DNA of 64,000 nt, taken from assembly GCF_009914755.1 (NCBI RefSeq), contig NC_060928.1; one strand, given 5' to 3'. Source of the stretch: the human T2T-CHM13v2.0 reference genome, Homo sapiens. Within the stretch, counting starts at the first letter, position 1. Every line of letters begins with the position of its first letter. A program made the translations under genes and the position numbers. Under the pieces are notes generated by a model, which ran no database searches, had not been told where the DNA came from, and was given only the letters and a program-made list of their open reading frames with translations. Below are positions 29,954 to 42,944 of the stretch, one piece after another.

Positions 29954-32900
29954 CACGTAAGCTATTCTACTTCAGAGTATCAGTAATTAACAAAGTGACA
30001 GTTACATATATAATGCAAATTCATTCTCTGTCAGGAGTTGACACTCTGCTTTACATTTCTGCTTTAGTCAATCTTTCTGGAATATATAAATAATATGAAT
30101 ATTGTGTCATAACCTTTGCGGTAAAACTGAACTATCTTTTCAAGACTCAATTGTCTGCCTCTCTCTCTTGCTGTTTCTCTCTCTGTCTCTCTCTCATTTC
30201 ATCTAACTCTGTATGTCTGATATACTACTTAAATTAAATCTTAACTCTTGCATCAATGGGAGCTCTTTCAGAATTTTCACTTCTGTATTAATTTGGTTCA
30301 CACTGCCAACTTAAATACTTGGCCACAAAAAATTTATTATTCAAAACTGTCAAAATGAATCTGAAGAGCTAGTGATATAATGCTGATACCATACTATAGC
30401 ATTCTAATTAAAATATTTTAAAATATGAATAAAAATGATAGGTGTGATATATTATAATCCATTGTATGATACATTTTATTTTGAATATTTATTGTGAGTT
30501 ATGTTTTTATAAATTCAGATATTATTTTAAATGCAAAAAGCATTTTATACAAGAAAGAATTGATGGATCTAAGTATTTTCTAATATATAAATAGATAAAA
30601 ATATTTTAAAATTATGCCATTTTTACTTCTAAAATAATTTATAGAGATTAAAATATGCACAGTCAAAATAGGGTAGGAAATCAAGAAAACAAAATGCATA
30701 GATTCATAGCAGTCATTACATAGTACATTACAGATAAATCATTATTTTATTGTTAACATTTTTCATTATAAACATAGCTATCACCGGTTTCTCTGCTAGC
30801 CTATCCACTTTTTGTGGAATAAACATTTAAGCACAGATTCCAAAATTTTTCCAAAATTATTCCAAACTTCACCCAAATGTCACTCTTTTTTTCTACTTTT
30901 ATATCAAAATGAAACACCATTTCTAATCATTTCTTATTTTCTGTTTCTAAGTTTATTGGTATGTCTTATGTATTTCTGTATTCATTTTGAGTTTTCTTTT
31001 TGTGTTAATGAAGGTATTCTAAAAGATTTGAAAGTCATTAAAATAGAATTAAGAACAGCAGTTGACCCTCCTTTCTCTTTTTATGTAAGTGTTTGTTTTT
31101 AAACCCATTGCTATGTCTTTAAATGGTAATATGTCTGCATGACCCTTGGCATTCTTAGCTAAATTCAACATTGTCATTAAAATTTCATTGCCCAGAAGTG
31201 TTTACTGATTATTTTGTGTGTGTAGAACAATGTGGTTTTAGGAGACTGTCAGTGGTCTCATTTCCAAGGTGAGACCAAAAACATTAAACAGTCACAGGTG
31301 TGAGAAGTGGGGTGGATGGGGTGGGTGAGGGTTGGGAGAAAAGAAAATATGCACACACAGGTAAAAATGAGAGTACAAATTGATTTCTTTATTTTTTTAA
31401 ATACAGGGTATTTACATTTCTTTATTTTTTTTAAAATACAGGGTAAAATATCACAACTATATTACCATCAAGAAATATGAGAATCATTAGTGAAATAAGA
31501 ATAATGTTTCTAGAAAGTTTATTGTCAGTAAATTTAAATCCATAACATACATGCTATGTATACTGAAAATATTTGTAATTGTTTATAAATACTGCAGTTC
31601 CAATTCAGTGAAACATTATAAAGAAGAGAACATGAATTAAATGTTTTCCTTTTGTATTAAGATTCAACTATTCTGATTTTGACTTTGAATTAGAATAAAA
31701 AGGAAACTTTGTAAAGATTGTACACTTCAAATAAGTACATGAATTGTGAGCTACTGGGTTAAAAATACCAATAATTCACAATGTTTTCAGCTAGTCTTCC
31801 ATCTATGACAAAATAAAGGGTAATTTTATGGAAGCATGTGTTTGTCTTTAGCAAAACTAATTTATAAATTAGGGGGAGATGTTATAACTCTTCTTAGCTT
31901 TCCCATTAATAACCTACCATGTGCATATAATCCTTAATATTTCTAAAATTCTACTGGTCCAGGTCGTAATTAGTAATTTGTATCATGAACATTCAAGTTA
32001 TAAAGGTGCAAAAAAGATTTTGTAAACTTTCATTATTTTCTAGCAACATTAATTTTTTACTTTGTAGTAGAAAGAAACAGTCTGAGTTATAAGTTTAAAA
32101 ATATGTACACTTCTGACATTTTCAAATTCATGCAGCAGCTTTATGGATACAACTATTGCCAAAAATAATCTCAGACTGACATTACAGAACATTTTTATAT
32201 GTTTTTCCAAATTATTATTATGTAGCACTGTCAATACATGGCATTGGTTTGTTCCTTTAATGAGCCTAATTTATTTTAATTTATTTTATTTTGTGGTTAA
32301 CCAAGATAATCTGCAAATACCTTCCATAGTAAATCTTCAGTCCAGCCATTGTCAGTAACATAGTAAATTGTGGAGTTCAACTGGATAGTTTCATAAAATT
32401 TTTTAAAAACAAATTAAAGGCTGTACATGATTTTACTTTATTGAACGAATCACAAACAGTAATATTAAGAACATACAATTAAACTTTATAGTTTATTTCC
32501 TACTCACTGTTTAGGGATACTTTTATCTATTATTGCAATATGACTCTTACAATTTCAAGGTCCATAGGCAATATTTTTATAGGAATGATGTAATAAACAT
32601 ATTTGTGTTTCCTAGCACTGCATCTAAATTCCTATTTGTCAGCTGTACTTTGAACAGTTTAAGTCAACTGCCAACCCATTTGATTTTATAGCTTTGTATG
32701 ATATGGACAAAGTATTTAAAAATTGAGTCTTCTTACAATGGATTAGTTCAATATTTACTGCCTTCACAAATCACTGACCTTGTTTTTTTAGAGGCCATTT
32801 CTGGAAAGCATATCTGAAGTGAATACTATAGAATAGAAAAAGGTTGAATATGTGGAACTAACATATCAGATTTAAATGTATGTTTTAGTGAAATTACTGT

Positions 32901-33131
32901 TTTTTTATCTCTGTTTCTGAAAGGGAATTTCCAGTTTTTCCATAATAAAATCTAAGCTCTAGACATTGCCTTAGATAATACATAGTTAACTAATGCAGTT
33001 TCAACATATCTATTCATTTTGTATTGAATTAGTTGCCAGTAGACCTTAATGTATGTAATTTATGTATTTTTTAAAATAAGATCATTTACAATCTTACATC
33101 GTAGTGACATTCAGAATCTTTTCTTTTGCAG

Positions 33132-33324
33132 CCATTTCGTAGAGTGACGTTTTCTGTTGTGAGTCAGCCTCAGGACCCACATCAGGGGTCACTGCAGAGT
33201 TGCTATGACAGCGGGCTGGAGGAGTCAGAAACACCAAGCAGTAAGAGTTCATCAGGGCCAAGACTGGGTGCGCTTCCACTCCCAGAGGACAACTATGAAA
33301 GGACCACGCCGGATGGCAGTGTTG
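33132..33324 (+). CDS. PCDH7: Same exon, proximal donor form lacking GEAEHMEN (24 nt shorter)
   Basis: Donor GTTG|gtgagg at 33324/33325; 193 nt, also phase 1. Matches my recollection of two long PCDH7 isoforms differing by 8 aa. Confidence 0.85.
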
Positions 33325-33348
33325 GTGAGGCAGAGCATATGGAAAATG
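33132..33348 (+). CDS. PCDH7: PCDH7 cytoplasmic-domain internal exon of the long isoforms, distal donor: PFRRVTFSVVSQPQDPHQGSLQSCYDSGLEESETPSSKSSSGPRLGALPLPEDNYERTTPDGSVGEAEHMEN
   Basis: Acceptor tcttttcttttgcag|CCA, donor AATG|gtaggg; 217 nt, phase 0 to phase 1. Contains the RRVTF PP1-binding (CM3) motif of delta1-protocadherins. The peptide is recognised as PCDH7 (the PCDH1 paralogue reads RRVTFSATSQ...). CpGs are retained in an otherwise CpG-poor region. Confidence 0.96.
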
Positions 33349-34822
33349 GTAGGGGCAAACACAACATCCACACACATAATCACGCTAGTGAGCCGTAATA
33401 AGTAGACTCGCGAAGGTCAGTCTAAAACCAAAATAAAATAGCTGACATTAAAACCATTTTATTTTAAGTGATAAATATTTGCTAAAATACAGAAATGCCA
33501 AATAAAGGAACATAACTCTGTAGATAAAATTCACCCAAATTGCACCATCATTTTAAAACATCCTGTCAGAAATAAACGCACTTATAAATAAATCAGAACA
33601 GGGCCCACTATGAAGGAAGCTAAATAAGTGCAGAATTCCTAAACAATAGTCACCAAGAAAGGTCTTGTCTAATTGTTTTCTTCTATTCATTTTTGTCATG
33701 CAACTATTTCTTCAATTGCAGCTGTCCAGTCTTAGTGAAAGGAAATGAAAGAAACATACCTTGCTCTACCTTTTCTTGTCCTAGATGTTTAGAAAAGCAT
33801 TTTCAAACCTCTCCTTTCCTATGATCACTGAATAGGGTCAAAAGAGAACAGTACTACTTTGTTCTCCATAGTATGCAATAAATGCTATTAGAATTTCCCT
33901 CCTATTCAAGTATAAGGTTTTTTTTTATTTTTATGTGAGAGAAAGGAAGGAAAATAAATCATAATACTCCATATTTTTATACTGTTTTGAGGTGATTCTC
34001 ATAATTACCACAATTGGCCTTGTATACATTTTCTTTTAAGTTATACATTTAGATTGCAAATAGCACTTATAAAACTTTCCACATTTGTTTATATTCCCAG
34101 AGATAATTTGGTGATTTATTTTCTGGATTTTGAGTCATAAGTAAATGCCTGAGGAATAGGTTTGTGTCAAATAATGGAATGGTAAAATTCATCCTAACTT
34201 CATTATTCTTTCAAATATGAAGAGAGAGATGGTTAAACAGAGAGAAAGGAAAGGAATCACACACATTTTATCCCTAGTAAAACTTGCAGTGGATTTATGT
34301 CTTTTGCCATCTCAACCCCCGAGTGACATAAGACGCTCTAACTTTTTGTTATATATCCGTTTCTTTAGTGCTGATATATATGCAAGTAGAGCATATTAAT
34401 GCAGGAGAAAGACTGATTTTCTTCTGTAAGTTTACCTATGAATATTAAAATCCAATATTAGAATATAATATATTATAAAGGACCCCAAATGAAAGTATTG
34501 CTAAATTATATTATGCTAAATAATTATTTATCCACATTGTTCTTGGTTAAGAAAATATGATATCAGGGTCTGATGATTGACGTCCCTCTTGATTAATTTT
34601 GCAGAGTTAAAATGGCATTTTGCCTTATGGCTATAAAAGCATGCTTATCTGTGTGTATGGTGGTGTGTGCTTATGTGGATGGGAGTCTGGTGTGGTTTCT
34701 AAGAGTTACATTTTTTTTAGTAATTTTTTTAATGGGCATATAATTTTGGTATGAATTGCAATGCTGATGAATATATATTTAAGGCAGATATGTTTAAAAT
34801 TATTTGGAAAAAGAAATTAAAC

Positions 34823-35188
34823 TAAAAATACTGTAATTACATACATACTATGTAATTACATATGTAATTTGGATGTCAGCTTTATTAAAAAAGGACTTTG
34901 TACCCCTGGCATTATAATCATTTTTCAATGTTAGTTTCTGTTTTATGAGTTTATGGGGATTCATCACCTTTAAAATAAGAAATAAGTGATGAATAATTAA
35001 AAGATAATTATGTAATTACATGTATGTAGCCACATGTAATTGCATGTATGTAGTCACATGTACTATAGTGTATTACGTTACATATGTGTAACGTGTAATT
35101 ACGTATGTGTGATATATGTAATATATAATATGTATATAGTACATATAATTACTTATATGTACATATGTATGTAATTACAGTATTTTTA
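34823..35188. repeat. AT-rich palindromic low-complexity tract with 25-bp perfect terminal inverted repeats
   Basis: taaaaatactgtaattacatacata (34823-34847) is the exact reverse complement of 35164-35188; the interior is built from atgtaattac variants. Confidence 0.9.
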
Positions 35189-35501
35189 ATATAGATAGAT
35201 GATAAATAGAGCATACCTAGGAAGGCAGGATTAATTTAATTTAGGGGTATTACTACATCTGAGATTACCTGTTCATGAGAACATATAATTTTGTTTGTGT
35301 TTTTAAAAGTGCTTATTCTTACTGTAAAGCACAGAATGTACAATTAAATCTTTATTTTTTGGATGTCAGCTTTATTAAAAAAGGACTTTGCACCACTGGC
35401 ATTATAATCATTTTTTAATGTTAGTTTCTGTTTTATGAGTTTATGGGGATTCATCACCTTTAAAATAAGAAAGAAATGATGAATAATTAAAAGATAATTA
35501 T
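34868..35501 (+). repeat. 144-bp direct duplication (34868-35011 and 35358-35501)
   Basis: Offset 490 bp; 5 mismatches counted by hand, no indels. Confidence 0.95.
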
Positions 35502-38500
35502 ATATGACAAACACATATCGGTTACCTTTTAGGAAACACACATGTCATGGAAAACTTAACAGGTGAGCTTGTTAATAAAATATAAAGTATACTGAGAAAG
35601 AGTTCCAAAAAACGACTTTTAATTCTTTTTTAGAACCAAGTTTTTAAGGCCTGTCAAAAGCAAGGGTCATGATAATGTAACGGATCTTTCCTGATTTTGT
35701 ATGTGACCAACACTTGAAAGTCAGAGTTTATATGACCATTTGTCATCTACTGGCTGTGATTCATGTTAGCCTTGATCTATAGGTAATGACAAAATGAGAT
35801 GCGATGCACTGTGGCTGATCTAAATGTAGCAGTTGACCTTTGAGTAACAAATTTGTTGGGTCCGTGTTTTCAGACTACTCATCTAGCCATAAAGTGCAAT
35901 TGTGTTGCTTAAATTCTGGTAATTTCATCTTCAGTATTAATGGATCATTCTGACATAAATAGAATTGGAATTGAAACCTGTCAAGTATTCATTTGTCACA
36001 TTTAATTGGAATCCAGGTAATCTGTAGTTTTTTGCTTGGCTAGGTTTTAATCAGGATTTGTATTGGATTTTCATTTGGATTTTCCATTAAAATACCATTT
36101 TGGATGCTGTGCTAGTTCCTAATTATTATTACCTCAAACATTTTTCTTGAATTTTAACCTATGTGAAACAATGCAGTTATCAGCAAGTGTTTGGGATTAA
36201 CTTTCATTGTAAAGTTTAGAAGATAATTTCTAGTGCAATAACAAGTAAAATTCCAATGTCATGCTAACAAACCAGGAATAAGTTAGGATAGCTAATGATA
36301 AAAATACATTTTCACAAATGCAGAGAAGGAACAGAAACAAGAAAATTTAAGTGAAATGTACTTACATTTTACAAAAGCGTTATCTTCCTTCTGTACTGTA
36401 GTATGATGAATACAATTTCATTCAAAGGGCCTGTGTATTAATTCCCTGTTTAACAAGCTTTACGCTATATTCTAAAACACATTACCGCCAAATGTAGAAT
36501 GAGGTTTTATTCTCTTATTAGCTAAGGAAAAAGAATATACCATAAGAATAAATATAATTTCTTACCACCGGAATCTAATAATGTAGAATGAGATCCACCA
36601 TTTTAAAGTTCCAAATCTGTAGAATGCCACAGGTCCCTGGAAAGTAACACTAGAAATTACCCCATTTAAAAAATATTTTAAGAAAACCTTATTAGTTATA
36701 CATTTATTTGTGACAAAGATTACTAATATATATTTCTTTGCCTTTAATTATCATCATTATGATAATTTCATGCTAATCTTTTAATATCAATCTAATCAAA
36801 GATTGAGGAAATTGGTTATTTGTTTCATTAAAATACATTTAGCAATAAAGTAATAATTCATATAGAGTTTATGGGGGAAATAGGTAATACAAACATTTGA
36901 CAATGAAAATGTTAGAATAATTGATGCATATTGCAATGGATTGGTAATTCAAGTTAAAAACCAAACATTAGGCTTAAAAGCACCATCTCATTCAAGGCAA
37001 GCATTGACTGTGCAAGAGTTTGCTCTTATTTTAATTACGCAGTAGTCTTCAGACTTTCTCTTGGAGTGGTATACAATGGTTTCTTTAGGTCTATTGTATT
37101 TATCCTGGTCCCTACCTTCATGCCATGACCTACTTGATCTTTCCAAAGCCCCCTCTAAATTATCTTTGCAAAGCCAGTTTGCCTTTGCTATGTAAGTCTT
37201 TATGATAATTAGTGTTTAATAAGCTCAGATATAGAAAACACCTTGCTTGGCTTCTCATCTCAATTTTGCCATCAGCATTGGGTAGGCTACTGTCTAAGGA
37301 AATTGATAAATCAACTCTGAAATCTTACTCGGTTCCAGGTCCAATAATCTGTGATTCTCTTACATTCAATTTTTCTTGTATCTTTTATGCTATAGAATGG
37401 AGACATTTGTCTCATAGTAAGATAGTGAGTGAATTTGACAATGTATGTTAATGTGGGCAGGCCAGTAGTGATTCTAGGGCCTTTCTCTGAACCCACACAG
37501 CAAGTGCATTTTAATAGTAGAAAATGCATTTATTACATAAATCAAAGGAGTGGACTGAATCAAATGGTGTGATTTCTGGCCAGGTGGGTGGAAATGTTGG
37601 CACCATAGTAGGCCAGTGTGGGAGACAGCTGTGGAGCCTCCTTCAGATCCCACTATGCAAGAACCATCTGTAGATCTGATCAAGCCCTGGGTGCAATGCC
37701 CTTGAAATACATGAATTATGATTAAGACATTTCACAATAGAATAAGCACATGTGTTTTCTTACTTAACAATGTGAACTTTGGTCAGAGTACAAATGAAAA
37801 AAAAAAGGTAGGAAATAATATATATTTTTCTGTAGGTAGACTTTCTTAAATATCACACCATAAAAATAAATTAAAAAAAAAACAGCAGATGATCCATAAA
37901 CCAGGTTTATAACAAGTTAAATGAGGTTCGAAATTTGGCCACTCTAAATCCCTAATTCATTTTATGCCTCTTGATTTTCTCAGATCTTTAAATAATACTT
38001 TTGACTTTATACATGAATATTTTTGAACTTTCCCTTTCCAAACTTCCTTACTTTGTCACACTTATATAAGCTAAGCTCAACTGTTTGATTCATTCCATTT
38101 CCTTCATCTCTTCATTCTACATGCATTATACCTTGTCCTTGATTATTTAAACATGCTGCAGTAAAACATGGACTTTTCATATTGCTTTTAGACAGTGTAT
38201 TTGAAATATCATTGAGAATAAGCCACTAATTTTAAATGGCCAAGTGTAATGAGCATAGAGACCAAAGGCATATCTTTGTATGAGATAAAGGACCTCCTCT
38301 TTCTCTCTCCTTTTCTCCTGTCTCCCAATTTTCAAGCAGGCATCTGTCAGGCAAAGTTGTCTAGTTATTGGTTTGTGCTGATTTCACGTAGATTGAGCAA
38401 ACTTCTCTAGCAAGGCTGCCTCTTCCATCTTTCCAAAGATCCTCATATACTTTTTAATGGCATAAGCACAATACCTAAAATACCAAATACCTGTCATACC

Positions 38501-38899
38501 TTTTTTCGTCTTCTGCAGAAAGAGACTAACATGACTTGCTAAGGATTCATTTTCACAGTTTTGCATTTCTCTGTGCCACCCTAGTTGCCAGTGTCTGACT
38601 GAGGCTGCAATTGTTTTCACCTTTCCTGTCAATTGTGACATGGCTCTATACCTCCCAAGTATCCCCCAAAAGTCTGTATGCCACCACTTTGGGAGGGTGC
38701 TATTCACTTTGAATTTCTTCATAGTAATATATAGAGAGATGGATTATAGAGACTGTCTCTAAGCCAGAACTCAACTAATTAAAATGTGTGCTATAGTGGC
38801 TTCTCAGCTGTCTAGTAAAATGAGCAGTACAATCTAAAAGAGTCTAAAGAAGGTACTGTCCTAGAGAAGAATTGGCAGTGCTGTAAGTAGAATCTACTG

Positions 38900-39060
38900 G
38901 TTTACAAAACAAGCTTTGAAATCTGATGACCTCAGTTTGAATCCTGGCTTTACCTCCTACAAGGAGTATTATTTTCTAACCCCTCTTAGCTTCAGTTTGT
39001 TCAATTGCAAATCATAGGATTGCAGAAGGAACTAAATGAGACAATAATATGCAATAATTT
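38900..39060 (+). mobile_element. MIR remnant
   Basis: gctttgaaatctgatgacctcagtttgaatcctggcttt..ctcttagcttcagtttgttcaattgcaaa..ctaaatgagacaata. Confidence 0.6.
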
Positions 39061-39139
39061 ATAAATAAGTAATAAGTTGTATTTTCACTATATTAATTGA
39101 TAAAATGTTTTACCATTATTATTTAAATAACAATGATAA

Positions 39140-39462
<323 letters not shown>

Positions 39463-40292
39463 AACTTTAGGTAAATTTGATATAATACAATGGCTTAGTC
39501 ATGAGGACTTCATAAAATGCTCAGCCTCACAAATTTAGCATTTTTAAATTACCAGTATAAATTATATTCTCACCTTAAATATTTTCCAGTTAGTTTTTTT
39601 TCTTTTGTTTCGAGTACCATAGGGTAGTACTCATGACTAGTGACTTATAAATATAGCAAGGACCTAAAATGAGGGGAAGGAAGTCTTCTATCTCTTGGCA
39701 TCAAACCAACCGACTCTTTGTGTTCTTTGTCATTCAAGGTAGGGAGATGTCATTATGGTCTTTCTACATTCTTTTCTCTTTTTTTAAGTGTTCTAGTTGA
39801 ATGCATTATTTTTCAGGTGTACACCTCCCTTTAAAGTGCTGCAAATTATTCACATTAACAGGGAAAATTAGCTGAAAATAATGTCCAATTAGTATGCTTA
39901 CCAGATTCTCAGTCCTTTCTTTTCTAATCTCAATATTAATAATTAACTCTGATAAAATGTGTGGCCGTATTACCCTTTTATTCTAATTTGGTCCTTTTAA
40001 ACTAGATCACTTTGCTGAACCCTTATGACATTTGAGGAGGGAATGAGCGCTCATCAAATCTCAAAGTGACTTTGGAGGTCAGTTAGTGGTTTTGTTACCT
40101 CCAGACTCCCAAAGCTTTTGCTTGTGTGAATTTCAGCACTTGTTGATAATACATTTGATTGTTTTAGTTCCTTATTTAGTTAAGGTGTTATCTCAGTCTT
40201 TCCTGTGAATTCTTTTTGCTTATAGATTACATATAATTCTATTCTTCCTCTGATGTTATTGCCAGATTTATGTATAAAAAAACCTTGTGCTG

Positions 40293-40849
40293 TGAGGAGC
40301 CCGTCTGCCCGGCCACCACCCCGTCTGGGAGGTGTACCCAACAGCTCATTGAGAACGGGCCATGATGACAATGGCGGTTTTGTGGAATAGAAAAGGGGGA
40401 AAGGTGGGGAAAAGATTGAGAAATCGGATGGTTGCTGTGTCTGTGTAGAAAGAAGTAGACATGGGAGACTTTTCATTTTGTTCTGTACTAAGAAAAATTC
40501 TTCTGCCTTGGGATCCTGTTGATCTATGACCTTACCCCCAACCCTGTGCTCTCTGAAACATGTGCTGTGCCCACTCAGGGTTAAATGGATTAAGGGCGGT
40601 GCAAGATGTGCTTTGTTAAACAGATGCTTGAAGGCAGCATGCTCGTTAAGAGTCATCACCACTCTCTAATCTCAAGTACCCAGGGACACAAACACTGTGG
40701 AAGGCCGCAGGGTCCTCTGCCTAGGAAAACCAGAGACCTTTGTTCACTTGTTTATCTGCTGACCTTCCCTCCACTATTGTCCTATGACCCTGCCAAATCC
40801 CCCTCTGCGAGAAACACCCAAGAATGATCAATAAAAAAAACCAAAAAAC
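40293..40849 (+). mobile_element. 5'-truncated SVA (last VNTR unit, SINE-R, poly(A))
   Basis: tgaggagcccgtctgcccggccaccaccccgtctgggaggtgtacccaacagctcattgag...gaaacacccaagaatgatcaataaa; perfect 17-bp TSD aaaaaaaccttgtgctg (40276-40292, 40850-40866). Confidence 0.97.
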
Positions 40850-40951
40850 AAAAAAACCTTGTGCTGCTAAAATATAACACTCTTAAGCATCTTCTATTTG
40901 GTAAAGGAACTGTGGATCTTGACTGTTTAAGTATATTTAAGTTTAGTAGTC

Positions 40952-41203
40952 TTTTTTTTATTTTTATTTTTTAATGTAAGGTCTTGCTCTGTAGCCCTGG
41001 CCAGAGTGCAGTGGCACATTCTTGGCTCACTACAGCCTCGACCTCCTGGGCTCAAGCGATTCTCTCACCTTATCCTACTAAGTAACTGGGATTACAGTCA
41101 TGCACCTGTTCAAGGCTGTTCTCAAACTCCTGGAATCAGGGGATCCTTCCATCTTGGCCCTCCAAAGTGCTAGGATCATAGACATGAGCCACCCTGCCCA
41201 GCA
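40952..41203 (-). mobile_element. AluJ with internal deletion across the A-rich linker
   Basis: J-type cagcctcgacctcctgggctcaagcgat; right arm joins the mid left arm at ~41107. Confidence 0.85.
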
Positions 41204-42944
41204 AGTTAGTACTCTCAACCTCAGAGGTTAGACGACCTATTGAGAAACCATTTTATCTCAATATTCCTCTTCTAAGGTAAAATACTTTCCATTGTTACCT
41301 CTTCTCTTGCAGGTTTTTAATAAGTAAAGTATTTTTTGCTTTGCTAATAAAGCAAAGTAGAACAATAGGTGTCTCTTGTTTCATGGGGCAATTATATAGT
41401 GTCAAAGCTGTGTTTATTCATTTTGATTCAACAAACCAATACTGAAAATAAAATATGACCAAGGCTTTCTGAGGAAATTTAAGTAAAGGAGAAAGAATCT
41501 CGGCCTTTAAGATGGAAGTTTTTATGCTCAAGAGATACAACCTTGATCACAGTAACTTAATTATAATGAAAAAATAGTAAGCTCATTAGAGAAGTTCAGA
41601 GTGGTGTGAGGTACAGAGGAGGGAATGGAAAATTATACGGAAGAAACAATTATAGACGCAAGTTTTGAAAATTTTTATTTTATAAATCAAATGTTGGACA
41701 GGAAGAAGGCCATGAAATGTTCTTTGGCTGCACATCCTCTCTCTTTATCTACTCATCTTTGATATATTTAAAAACAATTATTATACTGGCCTGGAGGCTT
41801 CATTTGAAGCCAAATAAATTCAGATTATTTGTTTTATTTTTCTAATTGAGTTACTGTTACCTTTTTATGTCTTCTTTTTTCCTTTTTTCATTTTTTAATG
41901 CTAAACACAATTAGTTCAAAAACTCTAAAATTTATCCTTGATGAAATTGGCAGCAGAAACTAAATCCAGATCTAAACTATAAAATAGATTAATTTTGTGT
42001 CTTTCTTTTCTCTCTGCTTATAAACATGGATAATTACTAAAAATATGTGTGCTGTAAATAAGGCCTTTCAAACTCAATAATAACCCGTAAATAATCTTTT
42101 GAAGTCATTGTTATTTATTTTCAGAAGACCAGTTGTATTACTCAAATTAAATAGATGATTAAATTACATTAGAGTAGAGTAGATTGGATTACATTATATT
42201 TATTTTTAAGAAAACCCATTTCTTCTGTGGCAGTTGCAAATTGTTTTTGTAATTGTTATTTCAAGATTCAAGTTAAGCATACAGGTATTTATATTACAAT
42301 CCCTTTATACTGAAATATAGACAATAGGTTGCTTTGTTTTTAAATCTTGTCTCTGATAAATTTTACTTAATATACGCAGGTAGATTTTTTGGCATTAAGT
42401 CTCATTATCATGTATGTCTTCTCATTATTGTCCAGAAAATATAATTGTAAGTTCGTTATAAGAATGAGAAAATATCTGAAATGCATGCAAATTTAAATGC
42501 CTCCTCTGGAACAGAGTTTCAACTACTAACATATGATAATGTTAAAGGAAATTAATTTTTGATACTATATGTATAAATAAAATCTGTGATTAGTGGTATG
42601 TTTTGGAAGTAAACAGACAATAGGATAGTATCCAGCTATTTAAAAATCTTCTTCATTTCTGCTTGAAAATATATCTCCCATGGTTTTATTTCTGATCCTC
42701 AATGCTTAGCGTCTACATTAATGAAGTTGTTAGGAAGCCCTATATGATCTGAGAGCGGTATGCATTTCTGAGGTTGCATTCCTCAGAACCCCAGTGCCCA
42801 ATGCTGAATTGTGTCCATTGTTTCAGTTCCTTATGAGGCCACATTTCACCAAGGCAGCATTTGTAGCCAAAGGTCCTAGCAGCTATAGCTGAAATTTTAT
42901 ACAGTGAACAGAGAATGTAGAGTGTTATAAGAATCCATTGAGTA

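Noticed and set aside
33094-33405. Overlapping ORFs at 33094-33375 (-) and 33205-33405 (+)
   Set aside because: Shadow frames of the GC-richer PCDH7 exon with no independent signals.
40180-40827. 160-aa and 73-aa ORFs
   Set aside because: Generic antisense and sense frames of the SVA SINE-R region.
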